Part shown: piece by piece, positions 20,367-29,671 of the stretch
Layout of the letters: the number at the start of each line of letters is the position of its first letter
Numbering within the stretch: position 1 is the stretch's first letter
DNA from: Myxococcota bacterium
GTDB lineage: Bacteria > Myxococcota_A > UBA9160 > UBA4427
NCBI GenBank assembly: GCA_965250285.1
Contig: OZ252299.1
Location: 2,112,001-2,176,000, forward strand
Length of the DNA: 64,000 bases
Reading direction: 5' to 3'
Notes under the pieces: generated by a model
What the model was told of the DNA's origin: nothing
Seen by the model: the letters and a program-made list of their open reading frames with translations, nothing else
Databases searched by the model: none
Made by a program: the position numbers and the translations under genes

Positions 20367-21575
20367 ATGAGCGAACGCCTCGCGGTCCGCCCGCGCGCCC
20401 GACGCACACGCACGCCCGTCGACTTCATCTCGCAGCCTACGCAACCCATGGCGTGGGCCGTCGCGGGTGCCGGCGAAAACCAGGCTCCGCCCTCGCTCGT
20501 CTTCCTCGACGATTCGCACGCCCACGATGCGCTGCGCTCGGGTGGCCTCTCCGCACTGCTCCACCTCGCGCTGCTCGCTGCGCTCCTCGCCGCCGCAATG
20601 CTCGCCCCGCCCGAAGTGGTCGAGCGCATCATCCCCCTCGAGCTGCGCCCGCCTGCGGTCGAACGGCCGGGAACGAACGCCGAGCCGGCACCGGCCGGGC
20701 CGAAGGCGGTCGGCGCTGCGCGTCCGAGCGCGGCCGCGCTCGCGGCGGCGGCGGCGCCCGCCATCTCGGCGGCCGAGGCCGAGGCGCTGCGCGAAGCGGC
20801 GATGGCCGCCATGCGCGAAGCGCTCGAATCGATGGAATCGCCCCAGCCCGTGACCGCTCCGACCCAGATCGAACGCAATCAGGTGCAGGCCGATACCGTC
20901 GCCGCACGCGCCGCCGCAGCCGAGACGCTGCAGGCCGATCTCGTGGCCGAAGCCGACGTCGCACCGCTCGACATCGACCCCGCCGATCTCGCCGCCATCG
21001 ATCTGGGCGACCTCGAAGGCCCCCGCGACGTCGACACCTCGGCGCTCGACAGCCTCACGGCGGGGGATGCCTTCGCCGCCCTCAACGCGCTCGACGGCCG
21101 CGACTATGCCGACGCAGCGACGCTCGGCGAGGTGACGTCGGGCGCGACGACGAGCGGTGGGGTGGGCGGGAACGCCGTCGATCCCGGCGTCGCTGCCGAA
21201 TGGTCGGGCGTGGGAGGCACGGGGGCAGGCGGCGGAGGCGGCGGCGCGGGCGGCGAAGGCACCGTCACCGGGAGCGTCGCGTGCCTCGAGAGCGCGTTCG
21301 TCCAACGCTACCTCGAACGGGTGAAGGACCGCACCAACCAGCACTGGGTCGTGCCGGAAGGAGTCCCTCCGGACGCTCAGGTAAAGCTCCGATTCTCCCT
21401 CGACGACGCCGGGATGACATCCGGCGTTGAAACACTCGAGGCGGCCAATGCCCAGCTGGGTCGATCAGCCGCGTCGGCCCTGCGCCAGGCCGAGCCCTTC
21501 CCGCCGATGGACGACGCCAACCGCTGCCTCGCCGAGTTCCCGATCCGACTCACCTTCACGGTGCCCCAGGACTGA
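20367..21575 (+). CDS. TonB/TolA-like energy transducer (TM anchor, Ala/acidic linker, TonB C-terminal domain)
   Basis: SALLHL TM motif (S-x3-H); C-terminal YLERVKDR...W...VKLRFSLDDAG...A..A.PFPP. Confidence 0.8.
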   Translation: MSERLAVRPRARRTRTPVDFISQPTQPMAWAVAGAGENQAPPSLVFLDDSHAHDALRSGGLSALLHLALLAALLAAAMLAPPEVVERIIPLELRPPAVERPGTNAEPAPAGPKAVGAARPSAAALAAAAAPAISAAEAEALREAAMAAMREALESMESPQPVTAPTQIERNQVQADTVAARAAAAETLQADLVAEADVAPLDIDPADLAAIDLGDLEGPRDVDTSALDSLTAGDAFAALNALDGRDYADAATLGEVTSGATTSGGVGGNAVDPGVAAEWSGVGGTGAGGGGGGAGGEGTVTGSVACLESAFVQRYLERVKDRTNQHWVVPEGVPPDAQVKLRFSLDDAGMTSGVETLEAANAQLGRSAASALRQAEPFPPMDDANRCLAEFPIRLTFTVPQD

Positions 21576-21583
21576 AGCGCGCC

Positions 21584-24500
21584 GTGTCGTCCCCGATGCC
21601 CGAACACGCCCGACGTACCCGCGCCCTGCCCCAACGCGCTCGGCGGCGGCACCCGCTCTCGCCGCTCTGGCAGGCCGGCCTGCTGGCCGGCTTGCTTGCC
21701 TTCGGCACGACGAACCCGACCGCGGCCCAGAGTGGCCCCGCGCCGCCGCCCTTCGTGGTCGATCTGACGAAGTCGGCGCCGCCGGTCGAAGGCGAGATGC
21801 GCTGCCCGGCCGTCGAGCTCCACTACGACGAGAACGAGGCGCTCGCCGAGAAGCGCGAAGACACGAACCGCGACTGCCAGATGGACGTCGTCGTCGAGTA
21901 CGACGCAGGCAAGCCGCTGCGCTCGGCCCGCGATGCCGACTTCGACGGCCGACCCGACGCCTGGGTCGAGTACGACGCCCAGGGGCTCCCCACGCGCGAG
22001 GCCACCGATACGACGGGCGACGGCGGGCCCGACCGCTGGACCGACTCGAAGGCCGGCCTGCCCGTGCAGCGGCGCGAGGATCGCAACGCCGATGGGGTCG
22101 CCGACGTCGTGCTCGACTTCGTCGAGGGCGCGCCATCGGTGCAGGCCGAAGACACGAATCACGACGGCGTCGCCGACCGCCACACCTGGTTCGAAGACGG
22201 AGCACCGGCCCGCGTCGAGGCCGATACCCGCCACGACGGTCGCGTCGACAACGTCGCCCTGTTCGACGCGCAGGGGCAGAAGACGCGCGAGCAGCAGGAC
22301 ACGACCGGGGACGGTGCCCTCAACGTGACGATCACCTTCGAGAACGGCGAGCGCGTGCGCGTCGAGGAGGATACGACCGGCGATGGCCGCATGGACGTCG
22401 TCATCACCTACGCCGCGGGCAGCGTGGTCTCGCGCCAGGCCGATACCACGGGCGATGGCCGCTTCGATACGGTGGCGAGCTTCGAGAGAGGCGCCGAGCG
22501 CACGCGGCAGCTCGACGCCGACCAGGACGGCTTCCCCGAGATCGTCGCGATCGTCGGCGCGGGCGGTGCGCTCGAGAGTGAGCAGGTCGATACGGATGGC
22601 GACCGTCAATACGACCTGAGCCGCGTCTACGAAGACGGTACCCTGGTGCGCGAGGTCGTCGATGCCGACGGCGACGGCCGCCCCGAGGTCGTGACGACGT
22701 TCACCGGCGCCGAGGCCCTGCCCGCCCGGCGCGAAGCCGACACGACCGGCGACGGCGTGTTCGACACCACGATCGTCTTCGTCGAGGGCCGCCGCTTCGA
22801 GCAAACCGAAGATCGCAACGCCGACGGACGGGTCGACGCGCGGTACACGTTCGACGCCGAAGAACGCGCCGCCACCGAGGCGCTCGATGGCGACTTCGAC
22901 GGCCACTTCGAGGCGCAGGCGACGTTCGTGGATGGGCGCATGGACCGCCGCGAGATCGACGCCGACGCCGATGGCCGGGCCGAGCGGATCGAGATCTACG
23001 AAGCCATCGAAGGCGGCGCGACGTCGAGACTCGCCCGCGTCCAGATCGACGAGGATGGCGACGGCGACCATGAGCTCGAGAACGTGTACGACCTCGAGGG
23101 GCGTCTCGTCTCGCGCACCGAGGACCGATCGGACGACGGCGTCGTCGACACCTGGATCACCTTTCACGTCGACACGGGAGAGCTCGACGTCGTCGAGCGG
23201 GACACGACGGGCGACGGGGTGCGCGACCAGCGCCGATTTCACGACGCGTCGGGTGTGCCCCTGCGCCTCGAGGAAGATCGCAACGCCGACGGCCAACCCG
23301 ACCGCTGGGTCACGTTCGAGAACGGGCTGCCCGCCCGCTACGAAGAAACGACGTTCTTCGCCGACGTGCGCGACGTCCGCGGCGAGCTCGACGCCGAGGG
23401 CCGCGTCGTGCTGGCCGAGCGCGACTCGACGGGCGACGGCCAGTTCGACGTTCGCACCCACTTCGAGGCCGGCCAGCGCACGAAGGAGGAGCGCGACACC
23501 CGAGCCGACGGCGTCTTCGACATCGTGACCACGTTCACCGAGGGCGCGCGCGCGCAGCAGGAGCTCGACCGAAGCGGCGACGGGCGCTTCGACACCGTCA
23601 TCGTCTTCGAGAACGACGCCGCGGTGAGCCAGAGCCGCGACACGAACGCCGACGGCGAGCCCGACCAGGTCGTCGAGCTGGACGCAGCGGGCCAGCCGAA
23701 ACGCGAGCGCTTCGACACGAACCACGACGGGCAATTCGACGTCGAGCGCACCTATCTCGCGGGTGTGCAGACCGGCGAGCGCAGCGACTCGAACTTCGAC
23801 GGGCGCTTCGACACGACCAGCTCTTTCGCGGACGGCGCCATCGGCCAGACCCGGACCGACGTCGACGGCGACGGCACACCCGAGGTCGTGCTCGTCTTCA
23901 GCGGCGGCCGCAAAGCGCGTCAGACCGAAGATCGCGACGACGACGGCCGCGCCGACATCGTCATCGTGTACGACGATGCCGGCGAGACGGCCCGCATCGA
24001 AGAGGATCGCGACGGCGACGGCACCTTCGAGCTGGCCCAGATCTTCGAGGCCGGTATGCACCGTTCGACCGAACTCGACAGCGACGGCGACGGCCAGGTC
24101 GACGTCTGGATCGAGAACGACGAGAAGGCGGTGATCATCCGGCGGCGCGAGGACAAGAACCGGGACGGCGAGGTCGACTTCGTCGTGCACTTCGACGACG
24201 GCGTCGCCCAGAAGGTCGCCGAGGATACGACGGGCGACGGCTGCCTCGACGTCACCAGCTGGCTCGACGGCCAGGGCAACGTTGTGGCCGACGAGCGCGA
24301 CACGTCGGGCAACTGCCAGACCGATACCTGGCGCTACTACAAGGGCAAGAAGGTGTCACGCCAGGCGAAGGACACGACCGGCGACGGGCGCGCGAACCTG
24401 CTCGTCGGCTTCGACGGCGATCTCAACATCCGCACGCAGGAGCTCGTCAAGAAGGGATCGAATCGACCCTTCATGAAGATCCATCTCGACGCGTCGGGGG

Positions 24501-24880
24501 GCGAGCTGCGCCAGTGCCTCGATGCCGACGGCGACGGCCGCCTCGAGCTGGCGCTGCTGCGCGACGGCGATGCGCTGCGCGAGAGCCGGCTCGACAGCGA
24601 CGGCGACGGCCGGGCCGACCAGCGCGAGATCTACGAGGGCGGCGTGCGGATCCGGCTCGAGCTCGACACGAACGACGACGGCCGACCCGATGTCGTGCAG
24701 CACTTCGAGGGCGACCGGATGGTGCGTCAGGACGAGGACGCCGACTTCGACGGCACGATCGACCGCAGCTTCGAAGGCCAGCGGGCCGTGCCCGTCGAGG
24801 GGCGCCCGAAGGCGCCGCGCAAGCTCGAGGCGCTCGACTGCGGGGCATTCGACCGGTTCTGGAAGGTGCATGGCGGCTGA
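21584..24880 (+). CDS. Large secreted acidic repeat protein with ~38 DxxxDG-type repeats
   Basis: Signal-like LWQAGLLAGLLAFG...; 22-23 aa repeats such as DTTGDGRFD, DRNADGQPD. Confidence 0.88.
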   Translation: MSSPMPEHARRTRALPQRARRRHPLSPLWQAGLLAGLLAFGTTNPTAAQSGPAPPPFVVDLTKSAPPVEGEMRCPAVELHYDENEALAEKREDTNRDCQMDVVVEYDAGKPLRSARDADFDGRPDAWVEYDAQGLPTREATDTTGDGGPDRWTDSKAGLPVQRREDRNADGVADVVLDFVEGAPSVQAEDTNHDGVADRHTWFEDGAPARVEADTRHDGRVDNVALFDAQGQKTREQQDTTGDGALNVTITFENGERVRVEEDTTGDGRMDVVITYAAGSVVSRQADTTGDGRFDTVASFERGAERTRQLDADQDGFPEIVAIVGAGGALESEQVDTDGDRQYDLSRVYEDGTLVREVVDADGDGRPEVVTTFTGAEALPARREADTTGDGVFDTTIVFVEGRRFEQTEDRNADGRVDARYTFDAEERAATEALDGDFDGHFEAQATFVDGRMDRREIDADADGRAERIEIYEAIEGGATSRLARVQIDEDGDGDHELENVYDLEGRLVSRTEDRSDDGVVDTWITFHVDTGELDVVERDTTGDGVRDQRRFHDASGVPLRLEEDRNADGQPDRWVTFENGLPARYEETTFFADVRDVRGELDAEGRVVLAERDSTGDGQFDVRTHFEAGQRTKEERDTRADGVFDIVTTFTEGARAQQELDRSGDGRFDTVIVFENDAAVSQSRDTNADGEPDQVVELDAAGQPKRERFDTNHDGQFDVERTYLAGVQTGERSDSNFDGRFDTTSSFADGAIGQTRTDVDGDGTPEVVLVFSGGRKARQTEDRDDDGRADIVIVYDDAGETARIEEDRDGDGTFELAQIFEAGMHRSTELDSDGDGQVDVWIENDEKAVIIRRREDKNRDGEVDFVVHFDDGVAQKVAEDTTGDGCLDVTSWLDGQGNVVADERDTSGNCQTDTWRYYKGKKVSRQAKDTTGDGRANLLVGFDGDLNIRTQELVKKGSNRPFMKIHLDASGGELRQCLDADGDGRLELALLRDGDALRESRLDSDGDGRADQREIYEGGVRIRLELDTNDDGRPDVVQHFEGDRMVRQDEDADFDGTIDRSFEGQRAVPVEGRPKAPRKLEALDCGAFDRFWKVHGG

Positions 24881-24891
24881 ACCGCCCCCCG

Positions 24892-25572
24892 TCAATCCTT
24901 CTCGTAGCGGTCGCCCTTGCCCCGGAAGAAGTACGCGAAGTTGAAGTTGATGCGCTGATCGAAGCCGCTCAGGTAGGAGGGAACGCCGACGGCGTCCCCC
25001 GTGAAGCCCCGCCCCTGGTAGGCGGCCTGATAGCCGATCGTGAACGCGGCGGAGCCGATGTTGCCCGTATGCACATTGATACCAGCCGAGAGCCCGCCGC
25101 CCGCAGTGAAGTTGGCGATGCGACCGACGAGACCGCCACCAAGAGCGGAATCCTGGGTCATCACGCCGGCAGCCACGCGCAGCGAGGGGCCGATCCAGAC
25201 CCGCATCAGCTTCGAGCGGTAGAACCCGAAGCCGAAGATGTTCTCGAAGCTGCCCTGGTTGAAACGGGCGAACTCGAAGCCGTTGAACTCCTCGCGAAGA
25301 TTCTCGTAGCCGAGGTTCATGCGGTAGTTGAAGAGCTTGTCCTTCGCGACGGCGGTGTCGACAGCGAGCCCAGCGCCGATGCGCTTCGTGTCGTACTGCT
25401 GGCCAAACAGGAGAATCGCGTCGGGATCGGTCGGGCCGACGGCGTAGTCGAAGTACAGCCCGAGGCTGGCCGCCTCGGCGCGCGACGCGGTCAGCGTCGA
25501 AACGGCCACGGTCGCGACAAGGGTCGCCGCGAGGATCACGACGATGTGGGCGGTGCGGTGGGCAAGGCGCAT
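24892..25572 (-). CDS. Putative small outer-membrane beta-barrel protein
   Basis: Signal peptide ending AEA; alternating aromatic/Gly strands; INFNFAYFF near C-terminus. Confidence 0.65.
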   Translation of the reverse strand: MRLAHRTAHIVVILAATLVATVAVSTLTASRAEAASLGLYFDYAVGPTDPDAILLFGQQYDTKRIGAGLAVDTAVAKDKLFNYRMNLGYENLREEFNGFEFARFNQGSFENIFGFGFYRSKLMRVWIGPSLRVAAGVMTQDSALGGGLVGRIANFTAGGGLSAGINVHTGNIGSAAFTIGYQAAYQGRGFTGDAVGVPSYLSGFDQRINFNFAYFFRGKGDRYEKD

Positions 25573-25933
25573 GGGGATCTCCTGGTGAGCGAAATGGGCG
25601 CGCCGCGATCAGGCCGCCCTGCCGCTACTCTTCGGTCATCGGCGAGATTCCTGAATCGAACTGGCGTTCTAGTTCGAGACCGCGCGCATCCGGCCCGCAG
25701 GCGCGCCTCGCGAGCCGGCAGCTCCGCCGACCCGACCCGGGAACGTGTGCCCCTTCCGTGACGGGCGCCACCCCGTGCCGCACCAGGCCCAGGGGTCGCG
25801 CGACCCGGCGCGGCGGGCGATCATGAGGCCGGCACCCCCCGCACCCGTGCACGCCACCCCATCGCCCCCGACCGCCGACACCCGTGCGCGCCGGCGACGC
25901 GACCGTGACCGATCCGAGGAGAACCGCCCCACC

Positions 25934-27097
25934 ATGTCCAACCCCGAACGCCCCCAGATCGAGGTGCAGAAGTACGGCCAGAGCCTTTGGTTCGACTTCA
26001 TCAGCCGGGACCTGCTGCTCTCGGGCGAGCTGCGCCGCCTCGTCGAAGAGGACGGCGTGCTCGGCGTGACGTCGAACCCCGCGATCTTCGAGAAGGCCAT
26101 CGCCGGCACGAGCGACTACGACCCGGCGCTGGCCGCCGCGACCCGCCATGGTGTGGCCGACGCCAAGTCGGCCTTCGAGACCGTGGCGATTCAAGACATC
26201 CAGCTCGCCTGCGACGTGCTGCGACCGGTCTACGACGCCACCGGCGGCGCCGACGGCTTCGTCAGCCTCGAAGTCTCTCCGCACCTCGCGTTCGACACCG
26301 AGGGCACGGTCGCCGAAGCCGAGCGCCTGCACGCCGCGGTCGCGCGCCCGAACGTCATGATCAAGGTGCCGGCCACGCCCGAGGGCGTCCCGGCCATCGA
26401 GCGCCTCATCGCGGCCGGCATCAACGTCAACGTGACGCTGCTCTTCGCGGTGTCGGCATACGAGGACGTGCACGAAGCCTACATCTCGGGGCTCGAGCAG
26501 TGGGTCGCGGCCGGCCATGACGCGAGCCAGGTGGCGAGCGTCGCGAGCTTCTTCGTGAGCCGCATCGACGCGGCGGTCGGCAAACAGGTCGACGCCAAAC
26601 TGGCAGACGATCCGAGTGGCGACGACAAGGCCCTGCTCGAATCGCTGATCGGGCACGTCGCCATCGCGAACGCCGTCAAGGCCTACGAGAGCTACCGCAA
26701 CACCGTCGCCGGCGCGCGCTGGCAGGCGCTCGCCGACCAGGGCGCCCTGCCCCAGCGCGTGCTGTGGGCGAGCACGGGCACGAAGAGCCCCGACCTCTCG
26801 GCGACGCTCTACGTCGATACGCTCATCGGCCCCGACACGGTGAACACCGTGCCGGCCGCGACTTTCGAGGCGTTCAAGAACACGGGCACCGTGACCAACG
26901 CCCTCGGCGACGACTTCGATGCACGGCTCTCCGACGCGAACGCAACCCTCGGCAAGCTCGCCGAGGTCGGCATCTCGCTCGACGCCATCACCGGCGAGCT
27001 GCTCACCCAGGGCTGCCAGCTCTTCGTCGACGCCTTCGACCAGCTGCTCGAAGCGGTCGAGAAGAAGCGCCTGCAGGTCAGCGAGACGCAGGCGTGA
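25934..27097 (+). CDS. tal: Transaldolase
   Basis: GVTSNPAIF, VSLEVSP, MIKVPAT, NVTLLF, SFFVSRID, LWASTG. Confidence 0.96.
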   Translation: MSNPERPQIEVQKYGQSLWFDFISRDLLLSGELRRLVEEDGVLGVTSNPAIFEKAIAGTSDYDPALAAATRHGVADAKSAFETVAIQDIQLACDVLRPVYDATGGADGFVSLEVSPHLAFDTEGTVAEAERLHAAVARPNVMIKVPATPEGVPAIERLIAAGINVNVTLLFAVSAYEDVHEAYISGLEQWVAAGHDASQVASVASFFVSRIDAAVGKQVDAKLADDPSGDDKALLESLIGHVAIANAVKAYESYRNTVAGARWQALADQGALPQRVLWASTGTKSPDLSATLYVDTLIGPDTVNTVPAATFEAFKNTGTVTNALGDDFDARLSDANATLGKLAEVGISLDAITGELLTQGCQLFVDAFDQLLEAVEKKRLQVSETQA

Positions 27098-27777
27098 GCG
27101 AAACGGCCGGACCGGAAGCCAGCGCCCAGGCCGCCCTCGAGTTCGTCGAAGACGGCCAGACGCTCGGCCTCGGCACCGGGCGGGCCGCGGCCGCGTTCGT
27201 GCGTGCGCTCGGCGCCCGCGTCGCCGGCGGCCTCTCGGTGCGCGGCGTCGCGACGAGCGATGCGACCGAAGCGCTGGCGCGCGAGGTCGGGATCCCGCTG
27301 CTCACGCTCGAGGAGGCAGGGCAGCTCGACGCCACCTTCGACGGGGCCGACGAGGTCGACCCCAACCTCGACGTGATCAAGGGCTACGGCGCGGCGCTGG
27401 TCAGAGAGAAGATCGTCGCAGCGTCCAGCGACCGGCTCTACATCCTGGTCGGCGACGAGAAGCTGGTCGACCAGCTCGGCCAACGCGGCAAGCTGCCGGT
27501 CGAGGTCGTGCCCTTTGCGCGCGCCCTCGTGCAGCGCCGCATGGTCAACCTCGGCTGCAAGGGCATCGAACGGCTCGACGAGAGCGGCGCCTCGGTGCGC
27601 ACCGACAATGGCAACCTGATCCTCGACGCCGAGGTCGGCCCGATCGACGACCCTGCGGCGCTCGACCGCGCCCTGCTCGACATCCCGGGTGTGCTCGGCA
27701 CCGGGCTGTTCGTCGGTATGGCCGACGCCGTGATCGTTCAGCGCGGCGACGGGGTCGAGGTGCTTCGGCGGGGCTGA
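27094..27777 (+). CDS. rpiA: Ribose-5-phosphate isomerase A
   Basis: GLGTG, DGADEVD, KGYGAALVREK, LPVEV, TDNGN. Confidence 0.96.
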   Translation: MSETAGPEASAQAALEFVEDGQTLGLGTGRAAAAFVRALGARVAGGLSVRGVATSDATEALAREVGIPLLTLEEAGQLDATFDGADEVDPNLDVIKGYGAALVREKIVAASSDRLYILVGDEKLVDQLGQRGKLPVEVVPFARALVQRRMVNLGCKGIERLDESGASVRTDNGNLILDAEVGPIDDPAALDRALLDIPGVLGTGLFVGMADAVIVQRGDGVEVLRRG

Positions 27778-27939
27778 CGCGCGCCGTTTTGCCGGGCGAC
27801 CGACCTGCACATTCGCTGCTTGTCCCCTGCGCATCCCGCCCGCCCGGCGCCCGCCCAGCGGCGCCCGCCGCAATCCGTTTCACCCGAGCCCGACCGGCAT
27901 CCCGTGCTGTTAGAATCGGTCCGTCGAACGAGGAACCCC

Positions 27940-28188
27940 ATGCCCACCCGTCCCTTCCTGGTGCTCCGCAATCACGAGTGCGTGCCGCTCGAAGGGCCGT
28001 ACCGCGTCGAGACGCACGAAGATCGGTGGTTCGTGCTCGGGCACAACGAGGCGCACGCGTCGGCGAGCGAGATCGAAGCGCACGCGCTGCTCGAGCGGCT
28101 CCGCGACGACGAAGAGGCGCATCGGCTCGCAAACCAAGCGCTCGAGGGCCTCGGCGCCGAGTTCGAAGTGAGTGAGCTGCGCGGCTAG
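27940..28188 (+). CDS. Small hypothetical protein (82 aa)
   Basis: GAGGA RBS; GC3-rich codons; no recognised motif. Confidence 0.6.
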   Translation: MPTRPFLVLRNHECVPLEGPYRVETHEDRWFVLGHNEAHASASEIEAHALLERLRDDEEAHRLANQALEGLGAEFEVSELRG

Positions 28189-28200
28189 CGCCGCACCGGC

Positions 28201-29454
28201 TCAGGCACCCTGCCCGCCTTCGGGTGCGTTCAGCTGGCGCGATACCTCTTCGACCTCGGCCATCATGCGCAACAGATTCTCACCGAGCACCTTGCGCACG
28301 GTCGCCTGCGAATGCCCTCGATCGAGCAGCCCCCGCGTGAGCGCAGGCAGCTTCGACACGTCCTCCATGCCCTCGGGCATCGAGGGGACACCGTCCCAGT
28401 CAGCACCGATGCCCACGTGATCCGCGCCGGCGACGGCGATCGCGTGATCGAAGTGGTCGAGCAGCACGTCGAGTGAGACCTGGGGCGCCGGATCCTGCGC
28501 CACCAGCGCGCGGTACGCCGCGCGCCGCTCCGGACCGTCGGGCAGCTCGCCGAAGATCCGCTTCATCTCTTCGCCATTGCGCGCATACCACGCCTTCGTC
28601 TCGACGCTGGTGTCTTCGTCGATGTAGGCGGGGTAGAAGTTGATCATCACGACGCCCCCCTGCGCGGCCAGCGCCTCGAGCATCTCGTCGCTCATGTTGC
28701 GTCGGTGATCGGCAATGGCGCGCGCCGAGGAATGCGAGGCCAGGACCGGCGCCTGTGACACCTCGAGCACGTCCCAGAACGTGTCGTCGGAGACGTGCGA
28801 GACGTCGACCATCATGCCCAGCCGGTTCATCTCGGCGACGACCTCACGGCCGAACGGCGTGAGCCCCCCGTGCTCGGGCTCGACGTCGTCTCGCGTGCCC
28901 GCCGAGTCGGCCCAGTTCGTGTGGAACGAGTGCGTGAGCGTCATGTAGCGCACGCCCAGCTCGTGAAACATGCGCAGGGCGGGCAGGCTGTCTTCGATGA
29001 TGTGGCCGCCCTCGATCCCCATCAGCGCGACGAAGCGCCCCGCCGACACCGCGCTGCGAATCTCGTCGACGCTCGTGGCCAGCACGACGTCGGGGGCGTG
29101 GCGCCGCGCCATCTCGCGCACGGCGTCGATGCGCACGAGCGCTTTCTTGATCGCGGTTCCGTCTCCTTCGGTGGGGCCCATGTAGATCGCGAAGAACTCG
29201 ACGTCGAGACCGCCTTCGCGGATGCGCGGCAGATCCATGTCGCCATCGGATGCATCATGCCGCTCGTCGAATTGCCAGGTCGGGTCCTCGAAGCGCGGCG
29301 TGGTGTCGGAGTGGGTGTCGATTACGACAGCGGCCGCGTGAAGCCGCGCGGCCGCGGTCTCGCGATCGGCGTCGCAGCCGAGCGCCCACGTCGCGAACAC
29401 GAGTGCCGCCGCGCACGCCACGAAGGCTCGTAGGGATCCCTGCATCCGACTCAT
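28201..29454 (-). CDS. Membrane dipeptidase (M19), probable lipoprotein
   Basis: IDTHSD, GIEGG, RYMTLTH, DVSH, ASHS, GIGADWDG; ALG-C lipobox. Confidence 0.93.
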   Translation of the reverse strand: MSRMQGSLRAFVACAAALVFATWALGCDADRETAAARLHAAAVVIDTHSDTTPRFEDPTWQFDERHDASDGDMDLPRIREGGLDVEFFAIYMGPTEGDGTAIKKALVRIDAVREMARRHAPDVVLATSVDEIRSAVSAGRFVALMGIEGGHIIEDSLPALRMFHELGVRYMTLTHSFHTNWADSAGTRDDVEPEHGGLTPFGREVVAEMNRLGMMVDVSHVSDDTFWDVLEVSQAPVLASHSSARAIADHRRNMSDEMLEALAAQGGVVMINFYPAYIDEDTSVETKAWYARNGEEMKRIFGELPDGPERRAAYRALVAQDPAPQVSLDVLLDHFDHAIAVAGADHVGIGADWDGVPSMPEGMEDVSKLPALTRGLLDRGHSQATVRKVLGENLLRMMAEVEEVSRQLNAPEGGQGA

Positions 29455-29671
29455 CCTCTCTCTCACCGGTGTCCGACCGGGATCGAAGGAGCGTAACACC
29501 CGTCTCGAGCGAGACGCTTCCTGAAGAGTCGACCACCGCCGAGCACTCCGGGCACCGCATTCGCTCGCAGCTCGTCACCACCGGACACCGCGCAGCACTG
29601 CACCGTGAACGCGAGGCCTGGCAGCGTGTCGCCCCGAGGCCACACGCCGCGCTCGACTCGAAAGGAAGGCC

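Noticed and set aside
21377..24190. 937-aa antisense ORF
   Set aside because: Mirror frame of the repeat protein; stop-free antisense frames are expected with high GC3.
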